64,000 nt of DNA from an uncultured bacterium (GTDB lineage Bacteria; Krumholzibacteriota; Krumholzibacteriia; Krumholzibacteriales; Krumholzibacteriaceae): assembly GCA_963813815.1 (NCBI GenBank), contig CAWFAD010000016.1, positions 512,001-576,000 of the forward strand. The letters are read 5' to 3'. The notes below the pieces were generated by a model that saw nothing but the letters and a program-made list of their open reading frames with translations, searched no databases and was not told where the DNA came from. A program made the translations under genes and the position numbers. Of the stretch, positions 56,412 through 64,000 are shown in pieces. The first letter of the stretch is position 1, and each line of letters opens with the position of its first letter.

Positions 56412-58349
56412 ATGAAGCAACACAGGAGGTCGCGGAGCGTGCATGCAAGAAAACCGGCGGGGCTCGGGGGGTCGGTGCTCGAGCTCTACGAGTCCAAGAA
56501 GCGAAGCATCGACGACATCGTGAGGATCGTCAAGGCGGGGAGCCGCATCTTCATCGGATCGGGCGCGGCGGAGCCTCAGACCCTCGTCAAGATCCTCATC
56601 GAGCGGGGCAAGTCGATCGCCGACCACGAGACGATCAACCTGATCGAGCTCGGCACCACGCCCTACACCGAGGCCGTTCTCAGCAAGCCGTTCCACCAGA
56701 ACGCGTTCTTCATCGGCGCGAACGTGCGAGGCGCGGTGAACGAGGGGCGCGCCGAGTACACGCCCATCTTTATGTCGGAGCTGCCGTGGTACCTCCGCTC
56801 GGGGCGTCTGCGCATCGACGTGGCCTTCATCCAGGTCGCCCCGCCCGACAACTACGGATTCTGCTCGCTCGGCGTTTCGGTCGACATCGTCAAGGCCGCG
56901 GCGGAGAACGCCAAGCTCGTCGTGGCGGAGGTCAACCGGCGGATGCCGCGAACCCTCGGCGACTGCTTCGTGCACCTCAAGGACATCGACCACATCGTCG
57001 AGAGCGACGTGCCGCTCCCGGCGTGGCTTCCCCCGGCGCCGGACGAGGTCGCCGACCGCATCGGGCAGAACGTCGCCCACCTCGTGCGCGACGGCGCGAC
57101 GATCCAGGCGGGCATCGGCATGATCCCGAACGCCATTCTCTCGCACCTCAAGAACAAGCGCGATCTCGGCGTCCACACCGAGATGTTCTCCGACGGCATC
57201 ATCGACCTCGTCGAGACGGGGGTCGTCACGAACGCCCGCAAGACGCTCCATCAGGGCAAGATCATCGCGACCTTCTGCATGGGGACGCAGCGTCTCTACG
57301 ATTTCGTCGACGACAACCCGCTCATCGAGTTCCATCCGTGCGATTACACAAACGATCCCTATCTCATCGCGCGGAACGACAGCATGGTCTCGATCAACGC
57401 GGCGATCCAGATCGATCTCACCGGCCAGGTGTGCGCCGACTCGATCGGCGAATACTTCTACGCGGGGATCGGAGGACAAGTCGATTTCGTGCGCGGCGCC
57501 GCGCGGTCGAAGGGCGGCAAGCCCGTCATCGTGCTGCCATCCACCGCCAAAAAGGGCACCGTCTCCCGCATCGTGCCCTTTCTCGATCAAGGGGCGGGGG
57601 TCGTGACCTCGCGCGGAGACGTGGCGTACGTCGCGACCGAGTACGGCATCTGCAATCTCCACGGCCGCAATCTCCGCGAGCGGGCGCTCGCGCTCATCAG
57701 CGTCGCCCATCCCGATTTCCGCGACGAGCTCCTCAACTACGCGAAGCAGCGCCGCCTCGTCCATCTCGACCAGATGCCGCTCACGATCGCGGGCCGGTTC
57801 TATCCGGAGCAGTACGAGCAAGCGGCGATGTTCGGCGGCACGCGCGTCTTTTTCCGGCCGATCAAGCCGACGGACGAGGCGATGGAGCGGTCCTTCTTCT
57901 ATACCCTCAGCGACGAGACGATCTATTACCGGTTCTTCAACATCCTCAAGACCATGCCCCACGAGAAGCTTCAGCCCCTCGTCAACATCGACTACCGCGA
58001 GGAAATGGCCATCGTGGCGCTCACCGGCGAGCCGGGGGACGAGGAGCTGATCGCGATCGGCCGTTTCAAGCTCGACCACACCGACGACTTCGCGGAGATC
58101 GCCTTCGTCGTGCACGACAACTGGCAGAACCGCGGCATCGGCACCCATCTCATGAACGCGCTCATCGAGATCGCGAAAGACATGGGGGCGGAGGGTTTCA
58201 AGGCCGACGTGCTCGCCGAGAACAAGAAGATGCTCCACGTCTTCCACAAGTGCGGGTACTCCGTCCGCAGCCTGCTCGAGGAAGGGGTCTACTCGATCCG
58301 CGTGGATTTCAGCGAGAGGAGCAAGCCCGGTGAGCGGTCGAAGCAGTGA
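56412..58349 (+). CDS. Acetyl-CoA hydrolase/CoA-transferase fused to a C-terminal GNAT domain
   Basis: 'QAGIG.IP', 'HTEMFSD' (catalytic Glu), 'GIGGQVDF', 'VATEYG'; GNAT 'FRPIKPTD..YYRFF..AEIAFVVHDNWQNRGIG..N.KM'. Confidence 0.92.
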   Translation: MKQHRRSRSVHARKPAGLGGSVLELYESKKRSIDDIVRIVKAGSRIFIGSGAAEPQTLVKILIERGKSIADHETINLIELGTTPYTEAVLSKPFHQNAFFIGANVRGAVNEGRAEYTPIFMSELPWYLRSGRLRIDVAFIQVAPPDNYGFCSLGVSVDIVKAAAENAKLVVAEVNRRMPRTLGDCFVHLKDIDHIVESDVPLPAWLPPAPDEVADRIGQNVAHLVRDGATIQAGIGMIPNAILSHLKNKRDLGVHTEMFSDGIIDLVETGVVTNARKTLHQGKIIATFCMGTQRLYDFVDDNPLIEFHPCDYTNDPYLIARNDSMVSINAAIQIDLTGQVCADSIGEYFYAGIGGQVDFVRGAARSKGGKPVIVLPSTAKKGTVSRIVPFLDQGAGVVTSRGDVAYVATEYGICNLHGRNLRERALALISVAHPDFRDELLNYAKQRRLVHLDQMPLTIAGRFYPEQYEQAAMFGGTRVFFRPIKPTDEAMERSFFYTLSDETIYYRFFNILKTMPHEKLQPLVNIDYREEMAIVALTGEPGDEELIAIGRFKLDHTDDFAEIAFVVHDNWQNRGIGTHLMNALIEIAKDMGAEGFKADVLAENKKMLHVFHKCGYSVRSLLEEGVYSIRVDFSERSKPGERSKQ

Positions 58350-59478
58350 CGCGAAGATCTGCTTCATCAACTCGCGGCGTCTCGGTGAGGTCCGTTTCAG
58401 CCCCGATCATCCGTTCAACCCGGAGCGGGTGAAGCGCGTCTACCGGATGTGCGAGCAGCGGGGGCTCTTCGCCTCGCCGCGGGTCGCCGTCGTGGAGGTC
58501 GAGGAGGCCGAGAGCGGCGTTCTCGAGCGGTTCCATACGGACGACTACGTCGCCGCGCTCCGCCGGGCGAACGACGGCTCCGAGGTCGACGTCGACATGC
58601 TCCATCACGGCATCGGCACCGCCGAGAATCCCGTTTTTCGGGGCGTGTACGACTTCGCGGCGCTCTCGGCGACGGCGAGCCTCGAGGCGGCGCGGCTCAT
58701 GATCCGGGGGGCGGCGTCGGCGTTCAACCCCTGCGGCGGATTTCATCACGCGCACCGCGATCGCGCTTCGGGGTTCTGCTACGCGAACGATATCGCGATC
58801 GCGATCGACGAGCTCCGGAGATCCGGGCTCCGCGTGGCGTACGTCGACATCGACGCGCATCACGGCGACGCGGTGCAGGAGGCGTACTACGACGACGCCT
58901 CCGTGCTGACGGTCTCGGTGCACGAAACGGGAAAGACGCTCTTTCCCTGGGGCGGCTACCCGCGGGATCGGGGCAGGGACGCGGGGCTCGGGTACAACGT
59001 CAACGTCCCGCTCGAGCCGGGCGCGGACGACGACGTCTTTCTCCTCGTCTTCCGCGAGATCGTGATGGACGCCCTCGGACGCTTTCGTCCCGACGTCGTC
59101 GTGGGACAGTTCGGCACCGACACCTTCGCGACCGATCCCCTGACCCATCTCAGACTCTCGAACAACGGCTACATCGAGGCGATCGAGATGCTCCACGCGT
59201 CCCACCCCCGCATTCTGGCCCTCGGGGGAGGCGGGTACAACATGCACGACGTCGAGCGCGGATGGACGCTTCTCTGGGCGGAGCTCGCCGGAATGCCCAT
59301 CGAAGAGGAGTACGGCGGCTCCCTCGGCGGGGTGTTTCTCGGCGACTCCTCGCTTCCCGGCTCGAGCCTGCGGGATATGCACGTCTACACGACGGGCCCC
59401 GAAAAGGAGCGTCTCGTCTCGAGCGCCGGAGAGCTCATCGACAATTACCGCAAGGATATACGGACGATTCTTCCCTGA
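58330..59478 (+). CDS. acuC: AcuC/HDAC-family Zn-dependent deacylase
   Basis: 'HPFNPER', 'GGFHHA', 'SGFCYAND', 'DIDAHHGD', 'SVHE', 'GGGGY'. Confidence 0.9.
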   Translation: MSGRSSDAKICFINSRRLGEVRFSPDHPFNPERVKRVYRMCEQRGLFASPRVAVVEVEEAESGVLERFHTDDYVAALRRANDGSEVDVDMLHHGIGTAENPVFRGVYDFAALSATASLEAARLMIRGAASAFNPCGGFHHAHRDRASGFCYANDIAIAIDELRRSGLRVAYVDIDAHHGDAVQEAYYDDASVLTVSVHETGKTLFPWGGYPRDRGRDAGLGYNVNVPLEPGADDDVFLLVFREIVMDALGRFRPDVVVGQFGTDTFATDPLTHLRLSNNGYIEAIEMLHASHPRILALGGGGYNMHDVERGWTLLWAELAGMPIEEEYGGSLGGVFLGDSSLPGSSLRDMHVYTTGPEKERLVSSAGELIDNYRKDIRTILP

Positions 59479-59569
59479 AGGGGCTTCCGGGCCGCCGGGC
59501 GGCCGGGGGAGCGCCGCGGGGCGGGGAGTGCGGGGGGTCCTGCCGCCGCGCCGCCGCGAGAGAATGTGT

Positions 59570-59598
59570 TTGAATTGTCGCCCCGATTTGATTAGTTT
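59570..59598 (+). promoter_or_regulatory. Sigma70-type promoter of buk-ptb
   Basis: TTGAAT-N17-TAGTTT. Confidence 0.45.
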
Positions 59599-59643
59599 AC
59601 GGGACGTTGCAGCGATCGATTCCGCCCGTGCCCGCGCGCATTC

Positions 59644-62099
59644 ATGGCGAAAACGAGAGATCTCATGAACGGTCTGGAAATGCTCGAATCGGAACTGAAT
59701 GCCCTGCTCGCCGCCGTGCGCGCGTCGGGCGCGTCGAGGGAGGTCGAGGCGAAGCTCGTCGAAAGCGCCGAGGCGATCCACTACCGGCGCGTCGCGGACG
59801 AGGAGGCGGTCATCGCCTTTCTCACGGGGGTCATCCGCTCGACGCGGCCCCCCGTCCTCGAGGCGGCCTGGGAGGAGGCGTGGGGGCACCTTTTCTCGCA
59901 TCTCGTGGAGATCATCCTCGCCTCGGCGAAGCGCCCGCGCATGATCATCCCGCGGCTCTTCGGCGGAGAGCTTCCGCCGGAGGCTGAGAGAGAATGCGTT
60001 CTCTGCGTCAACCCGGGCTCGACCTCGACGAAGCTCGCGCTCTACCGCGGGCTCGACCTCGCGGCCGCCGAGGAGGTCCATCTCCCGCCCGATTATCCCG
60101 ATTCGATCGAGAACCGCGCGAAAACGATCCTGGAATGGACGCGCGCTCACGGCATCGCCGAGGGCGCTCTCACCGGCATCGCCTGCCGCGGCGGGTTCGT
60201 CGCGCCGGTGCCGACGGGAACGTACGAGGTCTGTCCCGAAATGACGGAGGACCTCGAGCGCCCGCGCATCGCTCACGCCTCGAACATGGCGATCCCGATC
60301 GGACTGCTGCTTCGGGCCGCGTTTCCGGGGAGCGAGCGTCTTCTCGTCACGACGACTGACCCCGTCGCCTCGGACGAGATGGAAACGCTCGCCCGCATGA
60401 CGGGCGTGCGGCGGCTGCTCCGGGACGGCTCGGGGGCGCATTACCTGAACCACCGCGCCGTTCACCGGCTCGTCTGCTCCCTCCTCGGGGCGGGCGACCG
60501 CGAGCTCACGACGATCGGCGCCCATATGGGCGGCGGCATATCGATTCTCCGGCACGTCGAGGGGCGCGTCACCGATCTCGTGAACGCATTCTCCGGCGTG
60601 CCGAGCGCCAACCGGAGCGGCAACATCCCGCTCGACGTTCTGCTCCGGGCCATCGATGAGGGGGAGATCAGCATCCCCGAGCTCAAGCGCTACCTCTTCA
60701 AGGTGGGGGGTCTCATCGACCTCGCCGGCACGAACGATTTTCGGGCGCTGCTCCATTTCCGCGACGCCGGGGCCGTCACCCGCCAGCGCGAGAAGATCGA
60801 GCTCGTGGTGGATTTCATGGCGCGGAACATATCGGGAGCCGTCATGCAACTCGCCGCCGTCGAGACGCCGATCGACGTCGTGATTCTCACCGGCGGCCTC
60901 TCGCGGAGCAGCGAGTTCGTCGGGCGCATCAAGCGCAAGCTCCATCCGTACTTCCCCGTCGTCGTCGTTCCGGGCGCGATCGAGCACGAGGCGCTGGTGG
61001 CGGGCCACTTCCGGGCGCTTTTCAGGAGCGGAGAGACGAAAGACTACGTGCGCGAGCGCGACGCGCTGCGGCGCGCCCGCAGCGACGAGCGAGTTCTCGT
61101 CGAAACGGAAATCTTCACCCATCCGCAGCTCCGCAAGAAGGAGAACGCGCCGGTCACGAGCCTCGACGAGATCGTCTACCTCGCGCGTTCGATGGTCGCC
61201 AAGGGCTCCGCTCCGCGCATCGCCATCGTCGGCGCGGGGAACGAGGACGCCGTCATCGCCGCGAAGCAGGCGAACGAGGAGGGGCGGTACCCGATCGCCA
61301 AGTTTCTCCTCGTCGGCGATTTCTACGAGGTGTCGAAGCTCGCATGGGAATACGACATCAAGGTCGACGGCGACAACTACCGCATCGTCGACACCGACTC
61401 GCCCGTCGAGCGGGCGATCGAGCTCTACGCGGGGGGGAGGCGGATCTCCTCATGAAGGGTGGGGTCAAGACCGAGGATATCATGCGGGGAGCGCTGCGCT
61501 ACCTCAAGAACAGCGGGAAGCTCGAGAAGGGCCGGGTCTACAGCCACGTCGGCATCTTTCAGGTGCCGACCTACCCGAAGCTCCTCACGGTCACCGACGC
61601 GGCCGTGAATCCGGCCCCCGATCAGGAGATGAAGCGCAAGATTCTCGAGAACGCCCTGAGCGTGCTCCGCTATCTCAATATCGCCAAGCCCAAGGTCGCG
61701 ATCATATCGGCGGTCGAGACGCGCAACCCGAACGTCGAGTCCTCGATGCTCGCCGGCGAGCTCGCCGACGCGTACCGGGGCCGGGAGGACTGCGTCGTCG
61801 AGGGGCCTCTCTCGCTCGACGTGGCGATCGACCCCCGCTCGGCCGCGGAAAAGGGATATCAGGGGCAGATCAGGGGGAACGCCGACATGCTCCTCATGCC
61901 CGACATCGAGTCGGGAAACGTCGTGTACAAGACCCTCACCGTATCGTCGGGGGCGTATCTCGCCGGCGTCGTCGTCGGCGGGGGCATTCCCATTATCCTC
62001 ACCTCGCGGGGCGATTCCTCGCGCTCGAAGCTCGCCTCGATCTCGCTCGCGTGCATCGTCGCGATGAAACAGGGGAGCTTCGGCGGCGGCACGCCGTAA
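59644..62099 (+). CDS. Butyrate kinase-phosphate butyryltransferase fusion (~818 aa), frameshifted at G7 run 61431-61437
   Basis: Buk motifs 'NPGSTSTKLA', 'RGG', 'HASN', 'HMGGGIS', 'LTGG'. Ptb begins in frame ('IAIVGA') and continues in the shifted frame ('EADLLMKG', 'TDAAVNPAP', 'GPLSLD', 'LTSRGDS'). Confidence 0.85.
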
Positions 62100-62138
62100 G
62101 GGCGCGCGGAGGCGGCTCCGGCACGGAGGTCGCGAATC

Positions 62139-63836
62139 ATGACCATCCGCTCGAAGCGGCTCATTCTCGTTCTCGCTCTGCTCGCCATCCTCTTCGTCTT
62201 TCCGGTCGTCGCCCTCATGAGTTGGATGCCGCAGGCGCCCTCCATTTCGGGAAAGACCGCGATCGTGCTCGAGGTGGGCGGGGAGATGCTCGAGTATCAG
62301 CCCGCGTTGACCCCGGGGTCGCTCTTTGGGCGCCGCGAGCTCACGCAGTGCGACGCTCTGGCCTGCCTCGACGCGGCGGCGAAGGACGACCGCGTCGTGG
62401 GGGTCGTGCTCAGAATCGACCCGTCCGGGGCGGGCGCGGCGAAGTGCCAGGAGCTCGCCTGGGCCGTCGAGCGATTTCGCGAAAGCGGCAAGCAGGCGCT
62501 CGCCTTTTCGCCGGTGCTCTACGGGCATCATTACCTCATCGCGTGCGCGGCCGATTCGGTCTTCATGCCCCCGGCGGGGTATCTCATCGTTCCGGGTCCG
62601 GCCTCGAGCGCGATCTACCTGCGCGGGGCGTTCGACAAGCTCGGCATCAGGCCCAACATCCACCGGATCGAGCGGTACAAGTCGGCCGCCGAGACGTACA
62701 CGGAGACCGGCCGCTCGAGCGAATCGCGGGAGATGACCGAGTGGCTTCTCGCCGATCTGTACGCCGGATTCGTCGGGGACGTCGCCTCCGCCCGCGGCGT
62801 CGGCGCCGATACGGTGAGAGGGTGGATCGACCGCGGGCTCTACTCCCCGGCGCGCGCCCTCGAGAACGGGCTCATTGACGGCATCCGCTACTGGGACGAG
62901 ATCGAGGGCGTGTTCGAGGAGCAGGGAGCGTCTTTCGTCGACGCCGCCGATTACCTCCGCTCGAGGCGGAGCTCCCCCGCGGGGGAGCGGATCGCCGTCA
63001 TCCATGCGCAGGGGGTGCTCGAGGCGGGGAGGGGCGGGTTCAATCCTCTGTTCGGGGAGGCTCTGGGAGCCGAGACGATCATCGATGAGCTCCGGCGCGC
63101 GCGGGAGGACGAGAGCGTCAAGGCCGTTATCCTTCGCGTCGACTCGCCGGGAGGGGACGGGATCGCCGGGGACATGATCGCGCGCGAGATCGAGCTCACC
63201 TCGCTCGAGAAACCCGTCGTCGTCTCGATGTCGGACGTCGCGGCCTCGGGCGGCTACGAGATCGCCTACCGGGCCGATCGCCTCATCGCGCTCCCCGCGA
63301 CCTTCACCGGCTCGATCGGCTCGATCACGGGGAAGATCAATATGCGGGGGCTCTACGACAAGCTCGGGATCGCGAAGGACGAGATCGGCACGGGGCCGCA
63401 TTCGCTCATCTACTCCGACTACCGCGATTTCTCGGATGAGGAGTGGCGGCTCATCGAGGAGGAGCACTGGGCGTTCTACCGCGGCTGGATCGAGGAGATC
63501 GCCTTCTTCCGCGAGATGCCGGTCGACTCGATCGACGGTCTCGCCCGCGGGAGGGTTTGGACGGGCGCGCAGGCCGCCTCGAATGGGCTCATCGACGAGG
63601 TCGGAGATTTCAACCGCGCCGTCTCCGTCGCCTGCGAGCTCGGCGAGATCGGGGACTCATCGCGGGTCGCGCTCGTGCACTACCCGCGCCGCGCCACCTT
63701 CCTGCAGCAGATGCTGTCGAGAAATCTCCTCGAAGACGCCGTCGCCCGCGTCCTCCATCGCGCCCTCCGGGGCGAGACGGTCTCGCGCGGCGGCCTCTTC
63801 ATCCGCCACGAAGCGAGCGCGGTCGCGCCCCGCTAG
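62139..63836 (+). CDS. sppA: Signal peptide peptidase SppA (67K type)
   Basis: 'YKSAAE', 'RVDSPGG', 'AASGGY', 'TGSIG', 'GRVWTG'. Confidence 0.93.
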   Translation: MTIRSKRLILVLALLAILFVFPVVALMSWMPQAPSISGKTAIVLEVGGEMLEYQPALTPGSLFGRRELTQCDALACLDAAAKDDRVVGVVLRIDPSGAGAAKCQELAWAVERFRESGKQALAFSPVLYGHHYLIACAADSVFMPPAGYLIVPGPASSAIYLRGAFDKLGIRPNIHRIERYKSAAETYTETGRSSESREMTEWLLADLYAGFVGDVASARGVGADTVRGWIDRGLYSPARALENGLIDGIRYWDEIEGVFEEQGASFVDAADYLRSRRSSPAGERIAVIHAQGVLEAGRGGFNPLFGEALGAETIIDELRRAREDESVKAVILRVDSPGGDGIAGDMIAREIELTSLEKPVVVSMSDVAASGGYEIAYRADRLIALPATFTGSIGSITGKINMRGLYDKLGIAKDEIGTGPHSLIYSDYRDFSDEEWRLIEEEHWAFYRGWIEEIAFFREMPVDSIDGLARGRVWTGAQAASNGLIDEVGDFNRAVSVACELGEIGDSSRVALVHYPRRATFLQQMLSRNLLEDAVARVLHRALRGETVSRGGLFIRHEASAVAPR

Positions 63837-63880
63837 AGGCGCGGCGGCCCGCGGCGTTCGGCGTCCGCGGCGCGCGAAGC

Positions 63881-64000
63881 TCAGAAGCCGTATCGAATGT
63901 TCGTGTAGAGACCCTGCCAATAATCGGGAACGATGTTCGAGCCGGTGAAGACCTCGACGGCGAAGCGGTCCCCGTAGCGGAGCGAGAACCCACAGGACAG
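63881..64000 (-). CDS. C-terminal fragment of a probable outer-membrane beta-barrel protein
   Basis: Minus frame reads LSCGFSLRYGDRFAVEVFTGSNIVPDYWQGLYTNIRYGF-stop, ending in a Y-x-F beta-signal-like sequence. Confidence 0.55.
   Translation of the reverse strand: MSCGFSLRYGDRFAVEVFTGSNIVPDYWQGLYTNIRYGF

Noticed and set aside
1..64000. tRNA, rRNA, IS elements, integrases, prophage, CRISPR arrays
   Set aside because: None recognised by eye; small RNAs could be missed without tRNAscan or Infernal.

Overview
High-GC bacterial chromosomal window, densely coding, with about 50 CDS. I found no rRNA, tRNA, CRISPR array or mobile element. Two secreted proteins end in a 'QNxPNPFN...SGVYFC' FlgD-Ig/T9SS-A-like sorting domain, suggesting an FCB-group-related lineage such as Krumholzibacteriota, Eisenbacteria or Latescibacterota (inference). 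Main modules: (1) OPT transporter plus ettA. (2) A ~3.6-21.5 kb extracytoplasmic protease/signalling cluster: orphan PilX-like protein, signal-peptide TPR-CHAT protease, TIMP/prodomain-like small protein, 2289-aa matrixin/beta-propeller/Ig protein, membrane Ser/Thr kinase-TPR, FecR/DUF928-TPR protein and papain-family protease. This is the best candidate for an undescribed system. (3) lsrF-like aldolase plus Zn-dehydrogenase. (4) Secreted MEMO1 plus an active/inactive transglutaminase pair. (5) Degenerate prepilin peptidase plus DUF192. (6) DUF1028, ECF sigma and a fused zinc anti-sigma/double-zinc-ribbon protein. (7) NikR-regulated NikMN(QO) transporter with a Q-O fusion. (8) Fur/PerR-rubredoxin-ferritin cluster. 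(9) Acyl-CoA transferase-GNAT, AcuC deacylase and a butyrate kinase-phosphotransbutyrylase fusion. Three genes are frameshifted, two of them at G homopolymers (likely sequencing errors). Three short ORFs missed by the ORF track and one candidate sRNA were found by reading the sequence. All family calls come from motif recognition by eye; no database searches were run.
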